A DNA stretch of 48,937 bases from Clostridia bacterium (GTDB lineage: Bacteria > Bacillota > Clostridia > Christensenellales > CAG-138). Of this stretch, positions 9,060 through 18,860 are shown piece after piece; the first letter of the stretch is position 1; each line of letters begins with the position of its first letter. The stretch covers positions 1 to 48,937 of the forward strand of contig JAFOQN010000164.1 in NCBI GenBank assembly GCA_017393775.1, written 5' to 3'. The position numbers were made by a program, and so were the translations under genes. The notes beneath the pieces are model-generated. The model was not told the DNA's origin, did not search any database, and saw only the letters and a list, made by a program, of their open reading frames with translations.

Positions 9060-9800
9060 ATGTCCGGACATTCCAAGTGGGCAAACATTAAGAACAAAAA
9101 AGAAAAAACCGACGCACAAAAGGGTAAGATATTTACAAAGATCGGTCGCGAGATCGCTATCGCCGTAAAAGAAGGCGGCGGCGCAGATCCGGCAAACAAC
9201 TCAAAGCTGCGTGACGTGATCGCCAAGGCGAAGGCGGCCAACATGCCGAACGACAACATTTCCCGTTCGATCAAAAAGGCAAGCGGCGACGGCAACAGCG
9301 TTGATTATGAAGAGGTCGTATATGAAGGTTACGGACCGGGCAACATCGCGGTAATCGTGAATGTTTTGACTGACAATCGTAACCGTATTGCGGCTGAAAT
9401 GCGTCACATTTTCTCCAAGAGCGGCGGCAACATGGGCGCATCCGGTTCCGTTGCGTGGATGTTCGATAAGAAAGGTCTGATCGTGATCGAACGTACGGCG
9501 CTTATGGACGAGGATGAAGTCATGATGCAGGCTTTGGATGCGGGCGCAGAAGACTTTGTTGCGCAGGACGATGTATTCGAAGTTTATACAGCCCCTGCTG
9601 ATTTCTCCGCTGTCCGTGAGGGACTCGAAGGTTTCGGTTATACGTTCCTTTCTGCGGAGATCGGACAAATTCCGAAGAATACGACGAATATCACCGATGC
9701 GGAAACGATTGAAAAGATCGAACGGTTTCTGGAACGTATGGATGACAACGACGACGTGCAGGAAGTCTTCCACAACGGTGTTTGGGAAGAAAAAGAATAA
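9060..9800 (+). CDS. yebC: YebC/PmpR family DNA-binding transcriptional regulator
   Basis: 246 aa with the typical MSGHSKWANIKNKK start. Confidence 0.93.
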   Translation: MSGHSKWANIKNKKEKTDAQKGKIFTKIGREIAIAVKEGGGADPANNSKLRDVIAKAKAANMPNDNISRSIKKASGDGNSVDYEEVVYEGYGPGNIAVIVNVLTDNRNRIAAEMRHIFSKSGGNMGASGSVAWMFDKKGLIVIERTALMDEDEVMMQALDAGAEDFVAQDDVFEVYTAPADFSAVREGLEGFGYTFLSAEIGQIPKNTTNITDAETIEKIERFLERMDDNDDVQEVFHNGVWEEKE

Positions 9801-9850
9801 TATCGGACCGGCCAAAATAAGTATTACAGATTGATAAAGGAGGATCTATC

Positions 9851-10207
9851 ATGGCGATTTCTGTCGTGAATGAAATGGGAACTATTTCCGTTTCGGAGGA
9901 TCTGGTAGCAACGATTGCCGGATATGCCGCGGTTGAGAACTACGGCATTGTCGGAATGTGCGCAAGAAGCGCCGGCGACGCGATCGTTGAATTGTTCGGG
10001 AGAGAAAATCTGCAGAAGGGTGTACTGGTGGAAAAGATCAGCGACACGGAGGTCGATGTGACCTTGCATGTTGCGCTTCAGTATGGCGTATCCCTTCCAG
10101 CGGTATCGCAAAACACAAAGCAAAACGTACGTTATCGGATTGAGGATATGACCGGAGTTTCAGTTCGCTGCGTGAATATCTTTGTGGAAAGTATTCGCGT
10201 TCAGTAA
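9851..10207 (+). CDS. Asp23/Gls24 family envelope stress protein (YloU-like)
   Basis: 118 aa. It sits directly upstream of the DAK2-domain gene, as in the Bacillus yloU-yloV arrangement. Confidence 0.85.
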   Translation: MAISVVNEMGTISVSEDLVATIAGYAAVENYGIVGMCARSAGDAIVELFGRENLQKGVLVEKISDTEVDVTLHVALQYGVSLPAVSQNTKQNVRYRIEDMTGVSVRCVNIFVESIRVQ

Positions 10208-10230
10208 GCGGATTTCGGAGGGTTTGAGCA

Positions 10231-11886
10231 TTGAGCATATTGAGTATCAACGGTTTGCTGCTTCGAGATCTCTTTCTCGGGGGCGCATCCAATCTTGAAA
10301 AAAACAAAGCATATATTGATTCGTTGAACGTGTTTCCCGTTCCGGACGGAGACACCGGGACCAATATGTCCATGACAATGCAGGGAGCCGTGAAGGATCT
10401 TCGGTCAATGCCGGATTCCGTAACGGTCGGTGAAGTCATGGATGCGGTTGCGCTCGGCGCGCTGAAAAATGCACGCGGCAACTCGGGTGTTATTCTGTCA
10501 CAGCTTTTCCGCGGGTATCAGCAGGTTTGCAAGGGACAGAACGAGATCAACGTTGCGATGCTTGCAGAAGCGCTTGAGACCGGCACCAATAAAGCGTATA
10601 AAGCCGTTCTTCGTCCGAAGGAAGGCACCATTCTGACCGTTTCGCGCATGATCTCCCAGGAAGCGCTTGCGCTTACAAAGAAAAAGCCGAACGTTTCGCT
10701 GGAAGAGTTTATGGACCATCTTCTGACAGTCGGTCAGGAAGCGCTTGACAATACGCCGAACCTGCTTCCTGTCCTTAAGGAAGCAGGCGTCGTCGACAGC
10801 GGCGGTTTCGGACTTCTGACGGTGTACCGCGGCTTTAAAGCGATTCTGATGGGCGAAGAGCTTCCGGATGTTGAAGGAGAATTCGAAGAGGAGCCGAATG
10901 AAACCAATGATGAAGGCGCCAATCTCGATCATTTCTCTACGGAAGATATCGAGTTCGGCTACTGCACGGAATTTTTCATTGTCCGTCTTATAGACAGCTT
11001 CTCCGAAGAGGATCTGCAGACGCTTCGCGATCATTTGATAAAGGTCGGCGATTCCGTCGTTGTCGCATCGGGTGATGACTTTGTTAAGGTCCATGTACAT
11101 TCAAATTGCCCCGGCAAGATCCTGCAGTTTGCAATGCGCTACGGCGAGTTGGATCGTTTGAAGATTGAGAACATGCGCGAACAGAACCGTCAGCTGATGG
11201 AGCAAAAGAAGCGCAACGAGAAGGAATACGGGATCATCGCGGTCAGCGCAGGCGACGGGATTGATGAGATTTTCCGCAATTTCTCCGTTGATCGCATTAT
11301 CTCCGGCGGCCAGACGATGAACCCGAGCATCGATACAATCGTCAATGCAGTCGGGCAGTGCAATGCACGGAACGTATTTGTTCTGCCGAACAATTCCAAC
11401 ATCATTCTTGCAGCGCAGCAGGCGCAGAACCTGTGCTCCTGCAATGTGATCGTTCTTCCGACAAAGACGATCCCGCAGGGAATCGCTGCTGCAATGGCAT
11501 TCAATCCGGATCTTTCGCTCGATGAAAACCGTGAAAACATGCAGGATGCAGTCAACGAGATCGTTTCCGGCGCCGTTACCTATGCCGTACGCGAAACACA
11601 TTATAACGGCAACGAGATCAAAGAAGGCGATATCATCGGGATTGTCGACAATGACATTGCTGCCGTTTCCTCGAACGTCAACGAAACGGTAGAAAAGATT
11701 ATTCGCTTTATGATTGAAAAGCGCGATATCGATGATCCGATCATCAATCTGTATTACGGCGATGCAGTGGAGGAGGAGGATGCGATCGCTCTTTCCGAGA
11801 CCCTGCAGGAGCAGTTCGAGAATGCGGAGTTCATCGTTGCAAGAGGCGGGCAACCGTTGTACTATTATTACCTCTCCGTTGAATGA
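10231..11886 (+). CDS. fakA: DAK2-domain fatty acid kinase subunit (YloV/FakA)
   Basis: 551 aa. TTG start preceded by GGAGGG. Contains DGDTGTNM and GNSGVILSQ motifs. Confidence 0.88.
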   Translation: MSILSINGLLLRDLFLGGASNLEKNKAYIDSLNVFPVPDGDTGTNMSMTMQGAVKDLRSMPDSVTVGEVMDAVALGALKNARGNSGVILSQLFRGYQQVCKGQNEINVAMLAEALETGTNKAYKAVLRPKEGTILTVSRMISQEALALTKKKPNVSLEEFMDHLLTVGQEALDNTPNLLPVLKEAGVVDSGGFGLLTVYRGFKAILMGEELPDVEGEFEEEPNETNDEGANLDHFSTEDIEFGYCTEFFIVRLIDSFSEEDLQTLRDHLIKVGDSVVVASGDDFVKVHVHSNCPGKILQFAMRYGELDRLKIENMREQNRQLMEQKKRNEKEYGIIAVSAGDGIDEIFRNFSVDRIISGGQTMNPSIDTIVNAVGQCNARNVFVLPNNSNIILAAQQAQNLCSCNVIVLPTKTIPQGIAAAMAFNPDLSLDENRENMQDAVNEIVSGAVTYAVRETHYNGNEIKEGDIIGIVDNDIAAVSSNVNETVEKIIRFMIEKRDIDDPIINLYYGDAVEEEDAIALSETLQEQFENAEFIVARGGQPLYYYYLSVE

Positions 11887-11894
11887 CGGATGTT

Positions 11895-11918
11895 AAGCCG
11901 CCGAAGGGCGGCTTTTTT
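11895..11918 (+). terminator. Rho-independent terminator after fakA
   Basis: AAGCCGCC-GAAG-GGCGGCTT followed by TTTTTT. It ends 3 nt before the recG ATG. Confidence 0.75.
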
Positions 11919-11920
11919 GT

Positions 11921-13906
11921 ATGGAATTGATTGATTTGAAAGGCATCGGACCAAAACGCGTCGCTTTATTTTCGGAGCTTGGGATACGAACGCCGGAGGA
12001 CCTTCTGACGTTTTATCCGCGTGAGTATCTGAATTATTCCCAAATTGTACCGATCCGTGAGGCAGGGGACGGAGAACGTGTTTCCGTCTGCGTGACGGTT
12101 CAAGCCGACCCGACCGTGTACTATTATAAGGGAAAGTACATGGTCACTGTTCGCGTTGCCGATGCAAGCGGAAAAGCTTCTTTTCGATGGATCAATCAAC
12201 CGTACCGTGTTAATCAATTTCATACCGGAGATGTGATTTATGCGAACGCGATCGCTTCCAAAAAGCGCGGTGTTATATTCTATAATCCGCAGATCAACCA
12301 TGCAGGCGTCGGAATCATCCCTGTTTACGAATCCGTAAAGGGATTGACGCAGGCAGTTATTCGCGATTCTGTAAAAGAAATCCTGCATAACAGCATTGTC
12401 GCTGAAACGCTGCCGAATCAATGGCTTTCACGTTATCGTCTGATACCGTTTACTGATGCGCTGAAGGAAATTCATTTTCCGACGTCCGCGGATGAGCTGA
12501 ACGCAGCAAAGCGAAGGATATCCTTTCAGGAAGCATTTCTGTACTTTACTGCGATTCGTGCCGCAAAAGCCGATCACGACAGAAGGAACGGGTTTGCGTT
12601 TCAAACAGGACATGCACTTCAGGACTTTTTGTCTTTTGTTCCGTTTACACCGACAGATGCACAGATGCGTGCAATGCAGGAGATTGAATCCGATATGCAT
12701 GCAGACCGGTCGATGAACCGACTCATACAAGGCGACGTCGGAAGCGGCAAAACACTTGTAGCGGAATTTGCACTGCATGTTGCAAAAAGAAACGACAAAC
12801 AGGGCGTTCTGCTTGCACCGACGGAGCTGCTTGCAGAACAGCATTATCGGACGATGCGGAAGCGTTTCCCGGATGCATGCCTGTATACCGGCGGAAAGCC
12901 AGCAAAAGAAAAAAAGCTTGCTTTGGATCGTATCGCAAGCGGAGAAGCAAAGATCGTGATCGGTACGCACGCATTGCTGTCGGATAAGGTTCTGTTCAAG
13001 GACCTCGGATTGGTCGTGACCGATGAGCAGCACCGCTTCGGCGTTATGCAGCGTGCGAAAATCGAAACGAAAGGCGTCAGACCGGATGTTCTCGTCATGT
13101 CGGCGACGCCGATCCCGCGGACGCTTGCCCTCTTACTGTATGCCGATCTGGATCTGTCGATCATCGACAAAATGCCGCCGGGACGAAAACCAATCAAAAC
13201 ATATTATGTCCCGCAGACAAAACGAATTGATCTGTACAGGCATCTGGCGTCAAATGCAGATAACGGTGAACGAGCATATGTCGTTTGCCCTCTTATCGAG
13301 CCGACGGAAGGATATGAGGGAGTATCACTGGAGGAACTTGATGCGGAATTGAAATCGCTTCTGCCCGACACTTCAATCGGGATTTTACATGGACAAATGC
13401 CGGAAGACCGAAAGCGCAGGGTAATGGAAGATTTTCGCAACGGCTCGATTTCCATACTCATTTCAACGACTGTTGTGGAGGTCGGCGTCGACGTGCCGCA
13501 GGCGACGTCAATGGTGATCGAAGGCGCAGATCATTTCGGACTTGCAACACTTCACCAACTGCGCGGAAGAGTAGGCAGAGGAGAGAGACAGTCGCACTGT
13601 TATCTACTTGCAAATAAGATGACGGAGCACGCAAAACAAAGGATCGAAGCGATGCTGGAAAGCAATGATGGTTTTGTGATCGCACAAAAGGACTTTGAGA
13701 TGCGCGGATCGGGCGATCTTTTCGGCGTACGTCAGAGCGGAGACGGCGAAATGAACGGCATTCTGTCCGGCAGCACCGTTGAGATCATTGAAGCTGCTTC
13801 GTCGGCGGCAAACGACGTATTTTCACTTCCGTCCGTACAGTACAACGAATTGCTGGAAAAAGCAAAGGATCGCTTCCGCACCTTGGATCAGATTGCACAT
13901 AATTGA
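11921..13906 (+). CDS. recG: ATP-dependent DNA helicase RecG
   Basis: 661 aa. N-terminal LKGIGPKR...FYPREY, Walker A GDVGSGKT, DEQHRFG, and helicase C motifs. Confidence 0.95.
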   Translation: MELIDLKGIGPKRVALFSELGIRTPEDLLTFYPREYLNYSQIVPIREAGDGERVSVCVTVQADPTVYYYKGKYMVTVRVADASGKASFRWINQPYRVNQFHTGDVIYANAIASKKRGVIFYNPQINHAGVGIIPVYESVKGLTQAVIRDSVKEILHNSIVAETLPNQWLSRYRLIPFTDALKEIHFPTSADELNAAKRRISFQEAFLYFTAIRAAKADHDRRNGFAFQTGHALQDFLSFVPFTPTDAQMRAMQEIESDMHADRSMNRLIQGDVGSGKTLVAEFALHVAKRNDKQGVLLAPTELLAEQHYRTMRKRFPDACLYTGGKPAKEKKLALDRIASGEAKIVIGTHALLSDKVLFKDLGLVVTDEQHRFGVMQRAKIETKGVRPDVLVMSATPIPRTLALLLYADLDLSIIDKMPPGRKPIKTYYVPQTKRIDLYRHLASNADNGERAYVVCPLIEPTEGYEGVSLEELDAELKSLLPDTSIGILHGQMPEDRKRRVMEDFRNGSISILISTTVVEVGVDVPQATSMVIEGADHFGLATLHQLRGRVGRGERQSHCYLLANKMTEHAKQRIEAMLESNDGFVIAQKDFEMRGSGDLFGVRQSGDGEMNGILSGSTVEIIEAASSAANDVFSLPSVQYNELLEKAKDRFRTLDQIAHN

Positions 13907-13907
13907 T

Positions 13908-13932
13908 AAAATCGCCGGAAACGGCGATTTTA
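13908..13932. terminator. Bidirectional terminator between recG and the SASP genes
   Basis: AAA-ATCGCCG-GAAA-CGGCGAT-TTTT. Confidence 0.7.
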
Positions 13933-13947
13933 TCGATGTGTTCTTCT

Positions 13948-14160
13948 TTATCTCATCATGGACGAGGAGCCGTTCATGTTATTCTGTGCGTATGAGATCA
14001 TACGCTTGACCATTTCGCCGCCGACCGAGCCCGCTTCGCGCGAGGTCAGATCGCCGTTGTAGCCCTGTTTCAGATCAACATTCAGGGAATTTGCAACTTC
14101 ATACTTGAAGTTCTGAAGCGCCTGCTTGCTTTCAGGAACCAATGCTCCGTTTCTGCTCAT
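13948..14160 (-). CDS. Alpha/beta-type small acid-soluble spore protein
   Basis: 70 aa with KYEVANSL....GYNGDLTSREAGSVGGEMVKRMI. Confidence 0.93.
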   Translation of the reverse strand: MSRNGALVPESKQALQNFKYEVANSLNVDLKQGYNGDLTSREAGSVGGEMVKRMISYAQNNMNGSSSMMR

Positions 14161-14179
14161 GTTTTATTCTCCTTTCTTT

Positions 14180-14386
14180 TCAGTGAAGATTCTTTTCCGC
14201 GTACGAGATCATACGTTTTACCATTTCGCCGCCGATGCTGCCTGCTTCGCGCGAAGTCAGATCGCCGTTATAACCCGGCTTCAGATCGATATTCAAAGAG
14301 GATGCCACTTCACTCTTAAAGGACTGAAGATTGCTCTTGGAATCGGAAGACGAATTGTTATTGCTGTTGCGTGCCATGTGTTTCAC
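14180..14386 (-). CDS. Alpha/beta-type small acid-soluble spore protein
   Basis: 68 aa with KSEVASSL...GYNGDLTSREAGSIGGEMVKRMI. It lies 19 nt upstream of its paralogue. Confidence 0.93.
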   Translation of the reverse strand: MKHMARNSNNNSSSDSKSNLQSFKSEVASSLNIDLKPGYNGDLTSREAGSIGGEMVKRMISYAEKNLH

Positions 14387-14473
14387 CTCCTATCAGCTTT
14401 GATACCTTTAATTTCTGCAAAGTTTGAAGAAATATGAACGGAAAAATCTGTAACCGACAACTTGAAATCTTTC

Positions 14474-14502
14474 TTGATTGAGAAACAGAAGTGTAGTATA
14501 AT
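14474..14502 (+). promoter_or_regulatory. Sigma-A promoter of the miaB-ymcA-mutSL-miaA cluster
   Basis: TTGATT-17 nt-TATAAT. Confidence 0.5.
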
Positions 14503-14531
14503 AAATTGAAATTTTATGGAGAATTTTTAGA

Positions 14532-15941
14532 ATGAAAAACAGTCATTTCGTATCGGAGACGGATCTTTCCAGACAGAGAGACATTGCTTTGACGCTTGCA
14601 AAAGAAATCATTCCGCGCAAACTGACTTTTTTTGTCGAAACATTCGGTTGTCAGATGAATGTCCGGGACAGCGAGACGATCAAGGGCTGGTTATCCATGA
14701 TCGGATACACGGAAGCGAAAAACAAAGAATCGGCGGATTTTGTTCTGTACAATACCTGCTGCGTGCGGGATCATGCAGAAAAACGTCTGATGGGAAATAT
14801 CGGTGCGCTGAAAGAACGGAAGGATGAAAACCCCGGCATGATCATAGCCATCTGCGGTTGCATGATGCAGCAGGAGGGCATGGCAAAGAAACTTCTGAAG
14901 CGCTTCCCGCATGTCAATCTGATTTTCGGCACGAATGCCCTGCATCGTTTTCCGGAGATGTTGAGAGAAGTGCTGAATGGAGACCGCGTTGCTTTGACGG
15001 ATCGCGACAACGATGCGATCGCAGAAGGACTTCCGAAGCTTCGCGACAATCAAAGAAACGCGTTTGTCAACATCATGTACGGATGCGACAACTACTGCTC
15101 CTATTGCATTGTACCGTATGTGCGCGGGCACGAACGGTCCCGCAGGCCGGAGGATATTCGGAATGAGATCGTATCGCTTGTCGAGAACGGGATCACCGAG
15201 ATCACGCTGCTGGGTCAGAATGTAAATTCTTACGGAAACGACGGTTCGACGGGCATAAAGTTTGCGGAGCTGTTACGCTATGTGTCCGACGCACCGGGAT
15301 TGAAACGTATCCGGTTCATGTCGTCCCATCCGAAGGACCTGAATGATGATGTGATGCAGGCGATCGCCTCGTTGCCGAACGTCTGTCACCATGTACATCT
15401 TCCGGTGCAGTCCGGCAACAACGAGGTCCTGCGCCGAATGAACAGAAAGTACACGCGGGAACACTATCTGTCCATCATTACAAGGCTTCGCGAGATGGTG
15501 CCGGATATCGAGTTTACGACGGATATTATCGTCGGGTTTCCGGGCGAGACGGAAGAAGCGTTTCAGGATACGCTGTCCTTGGTGGAAGAAGTGGGATTCG
15601 CAGCGGCATTCACGTTCGCCTATTCGCCGAGACAAGGAACGGTTGCCGCGAGGATGGAGGACCAGATTCCGGAGACGGTAAAAAAGAAAAGACTGCAGGC
15701 GTTGAATGCGCTGCAGGCACGAAAGACTGTTGAAAACAACGAGAAATATATCGGGCATATCGGTGAAGTGCTTGTCGAAGGATACGATGAGCGCGGAGAA
15801 GAAACGCTGTTGTACGGGAAGTATCAGAACTTCAAAATGGTGTATTTTCCGGGATGTAAAGCACTGCTGAACCGATATGTGACGGTAAAAGTGACACAAT
15901 CCAACAAAAATTCTTTATTGGGGGAAATGATCGATGCATGA
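14532..15941 (+). CDS. miaB: tRNA-i6A37 methylthiotransferase MiaB
   Basis: 469 aa. UPF0004 N-terminal domain (ETFGCQMN), radical SAM CDNYCSYC motif, and a TRAM C-terminus. Confidence 0.93.
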   Translation: MKNSHFVSETDLSRQRDIALTLAKEIIPRKLTFFVETFGCQMNVRDSETIKGWLSMIGYTEAKNKESADFVLYNTCCVRDHAEKRLMGNIGALKERKDENPGMIIAICGCMMQQEGMAKKLLKRFPHVNLIFGTNALHRFPEMLREVLNGDRVALTDRDNDAIAEGLPKLRDNQRNAFVNIMYGCDNYCSYCIVPYVRGHERSRRPEDIRNEIVSLVENGITEITLLGQNVNSYGNDGSTGIKFAELLRYVSDAPGLKRIRFMSSHPKDLNDDVMQAIASLPNVCHHVHLPVQSGNNEVLRRMNRKYTREHYLSIITRLREMVPDIEFTTDIIVGFPGETEEAFQDTLSLVEEVGFAAAFTFAYSPRQGTVAARMEDQIPETVKKKRLQALNALQARKTVENNEKYIGHIGEVLVEGYDERGEETLLYGKYQNFKMVYFPGCKALLNRYVTVKVTQSNKNSLLGEMIDA

Positions 15942-16266
15942 ATTAAAAACATATCTCGAACTCAGCGAAAAAGTCAAAGCAGATAAAGCATTGATGGAAC
16001 TGATCGACGCGTATCAGACTGAAACGAAACAACTGATGGATCTCATTCAGGATCCGAATTACGATGCGCAGGAAGCCATTCGTCTTACAAACGATGTAGA
16101 ATACATGTCCGGACAGATCTCTTCTAATGCGCTGTACGCGCAGTTTGTTGCGGCAAAGGATGCGCTTGACAAAGCGCTTCGCGAGAAGGCGATCATGTCG
16201 ATGCCCTGCGACTGCAACTGCAGCACCTGCAAACAGGAATGTGAATCCAGGGAGGATCATCAATGA
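15934..16266 (+). CDS. ymcA: YmcA/YlbF family regulator with a Cys-rich C-terminal tail
   Basis: 110-aa helical protein. It sits between miaB and mutS, as ymcA does in B. subtilis. It overlaps both neighbours. Confidence 0.65.
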   Translation: MHELKTYLELSEKVKADKALMELIDAYQTETKQLMDLIQDPNYDAQEAIRLTNDVEYMSGQISSNALYAQFVAAKDALDKALREKAIMSMPCDCNCSTCKQECESREDHQ

Positions 16267-18857
16267 ACGAATTGACGCCGATGATGCGCCAATATATGGA
16301 AGTAAAGCAGCAATATCCCGACTGCTTCCTTTTCTATCGTCTCGGTGATTTCTACGAGATGTTCTTCGACGACGCCATCGAAGGCTCCAAGATCCTGGAA
16401 TTGACGCTGACCGGTCGTGATTGCGGACTGGATGAGCGCGCGCCAATGTGCGGCGTTCCTTATCATGCGGTCGATACCTATGTGAATAAAATGATCTCGC
16501 TTGGGCACAAGGTTGCCATCTGCGAACAGATGGAGGATCCGGCACTCGCAAAAGGTCTTGTGACACGATCCGTCACCCGCGTTATCACACCCGGGACCGT
16601 GATCGAAGAGAAAATGCTCGACGGGTCTAAGAACAACTATATTTTTGCATTGAACTTTACTGCAAATGGCATCGGATATGCGTATTCGGATATTTCAACC
16701 GGGATCTTTTATTCGTGTGAACTGTATGGTTCGAATGCAGCCACATCATTGATTGATGAATTGACGCGGCTGTCCCCTTCGGAGATCGTTGCCAATGAAC
16801 AACTGTTCGAACAAGACTACCTCTGTAAAAAGATTCGTTCCGGATACTATCTGGAAAAGCTGCCGAATGTGCGGTTCCATCCGGAACAAGCGGAGAAACG
16901 GTTAAAACAGCATTTTTCAGTTGCGTCACTCAAAGGGTACGGACTGGAAGGAAAAACGCTTGCCGTAGGCGCGGCGGGAGCCTTGCTTTCGTATCTTGAG
17001 GATACGCAGAAAAACGCGCTTTCCCATATCCATTCGATTCGGCTTTTGAACCGATCGGCATATATGCAGTTGGACGCTTCCACACGAAGAAACCTGGAAT
17101 TGACGCAGCCGCTGCAATTCAACGGAAGCAAAAAAAGCACGCTGCTGTATCTGCTTGATGCGACGAAAACGAGCATGGGTGCACGTCTTCTGCGCAATTG
17201 GATCGATTGTCCGCTGCAGTCAAAAAACGACATCATTTACCGACTGGACGCGGTCGACACCTTTGTTCGTGATCTGCGCACGCGAAAGACGCTGGGGGAA
17301 TATCTCAGTTCTGTTTACGATATCGAGCGACTGACAAGCAAGATTGCGTACGGAACGATCAACGGACGGGACTGCATTGCACTGATGAACTCGCTCCGAC
17401 AGATCACGCCGATCACGATGCTTCTGTGCGGGATTCCGACGGAAGCGATCGACGCGATCGTAAACGAACTTGATCCGATGGACGATGTGATCGGGCTGAT
17501 CGACGCGGCGATTGATCCGAATCCACCGGTCAATATCAAGGATGGCGGGCTCATTCGTAAGGGCTATAACAGCGAAGTAGACGAACTGCGCGCCATTTCC
17601 GGCGACAGCCGGGGCATGCTCGAACAGATTGCGGCACGGGAACGGGAAGCGACCGGGATCAAAACGCTTCGCATCGGATACAATCGTGTATTCGGCTATT
17701 ATATTGAGGTTACCAAGTCGTTCACAGCGGATGTTCCGTACTACTACGAACGCAAGCAAACGCTTGCAAATGCCGAACGTTATGTCACGCCGGAACTCAA
17801 GGACCTTGAAAAGAAAATCCTAAGCGCTACGGATCGACTGCTGGAGCTTGAAGCCGAGCTGTTTCGCGGTGTACGCGAAGCGTTGCTTGCCTGTACGGAA
17901 CGTCTCCAGAAGAATGCGGTTTTGCTGGCGAGACTGGACGTTTACCGCTCGCTTGCAGAGGTGGCGGTATCCAACCGGTATGTAAAACCGACGATCGCCG
18001 ATACATCTGTGATCCGCATCACGAACGGCCGTCATCCGATCGTAGAGCGTGCGATGAAGAACGGATTCATTCCGAATGATGTACATCTCGATTTAGATAA
18101 AAACCGGCTGTTGATCGTTACCGGACCGAACATGGCGGGCAAATCGACCTATATGCGTCAGGTCGCGCTTATCACGCTGATGGCGCATATCGGCTCGTTC
18201 GTGCCGGCAGATGAAGCGGAAATCGGTATTGTAGACCGCATTTTTACGCGTATCGGCGCAAGTGATGATCTGTCGTCCGGTCAGAGCACGTTCATGGTTG
18301 AAATGAGCGAGATGGCAAACATCATCAACAACGCGACAAAGGACAGTCTTCTGATTCTGGATGAAATCGGACGCGGAACAAGCACGTTTGACGGGCTCTC
18401 AATTGCATGGGCGGTTCTTGAACATATCGCAAATCCGATTCTTTGCGGCGCGAAGACGCTATTTGCGACGCATTATCATGAGCTTACCGAGCTCGAAGGA
18501 AAGCTGGAAGGCGTTGTGAATTACCGTATCACGGTCAAGGAGATCGGCGATGATGTGCTGTTTCTCAGAAAGATCGTGAAAGGCTCTGCGGATAAAAGCT
18601 TCGGCATTCAGGTGGCAAAGCTTGCCGGACTTCCGGATTCGGTCCTCGGACGCGCAAAGGAAATCCTCGGTGAGCTGGAACAGTCCGATTTGCTCGTCCG
18701 TGACACAAAGGAGCCTGTTGTCACACAGACAGCTCCGGAATCTAAGGTCGAACGTTCTATTTTGAATGATCTTGTAAAGATTGATCTCGAACATATGACG
18801 CCGATCGATGCGTTTATGAAGCTGCATTCCTATACGGACGCCTTGAAAGGAGAATGA
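16263..18857 (+). CDS. mutS: DNA mismatch repair protein MutS
   Basis: 864 aa. TPMMRQY...FYRLGDFYE start and Walker A GPNMAGKST. Confidence 0.97.
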   Translation: MNELTPMMRQYMEVKQQYPDCFLFYRLGDFYEMFFDDAIEGSKILELTLTGRDCGLDERAPMCGVPYHAVDTYVNKMISLGHKVAICEQMEDPALAKGLVTRSVTRVITPGTVIEEKMLDGSKNNYIFALNFTANGIGYAYSDISTGIFYSCELYGSNAATSLIDELTRLSPSEIVANEQLFEQDYLCKKIRSGYYLEKLPNVRFHPEQAEKRLKQHFSVASLKGYGLEGKTLAVGAAGALLSYLEDTQKNALSHIHSIRLLNRSAYMQLDASTRRNLELTQPLQFNGSKKSTLLYLLDATKTSMGARLLRNWIDCPLQSKNDIIYRLDAVDTFVRDLRTRKTLGEYLSSVYDIERLTSKIAYGTINGRDCIALMNSLRQITPITMLLCGIPTEAIDAIVNELDPMDDVIGLIDAAIDPNPPVNIKDGGLIRKGYNSEVDELRAISGDSRGMLEQIAAREREATGIKTLRIGYNRVFGYYIEVTKSFTADVPYYYERKQTLANAERYVTPELKDLEKKILSATDRLLELEAELFRGVREALLACTERLQKNAVLLARLDVYRSLAEVAVSNRYVKPTIADTSVIRITNGRHPIVERAMKNGFIPNDVHLDLDKNRLLIVTGPNMAGKSTYMRQVALITLMAHIGSFVPADEAEIGIVDRIFTRIGASDDLSSGQSTFMVEMSEMANIINNATKDSLLILDEIGRGTSTFDGLSIAWAVLEHIANPILCGAKTLFATHYHELTELEGKLEGVVNYRITVKEIGDDVLFLRKIVKGSADKSFGIQVAKLAGLPDSVLGRAKEILGELEQSDLLVRDTKEPVVTQTAPESKVERSILNDLVKIDLEHMTPIDAFMKLHSYTDALKGE

Positions 18858-18860
18858 TCC

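Noticed and set aside
13948-14386. The tandem similar about 210-nt units as a repeat element.
   Set aside because: They are two paralogous alpha/beta-type SASP genes with clear protein signatures, which is ordinary for spore formers.
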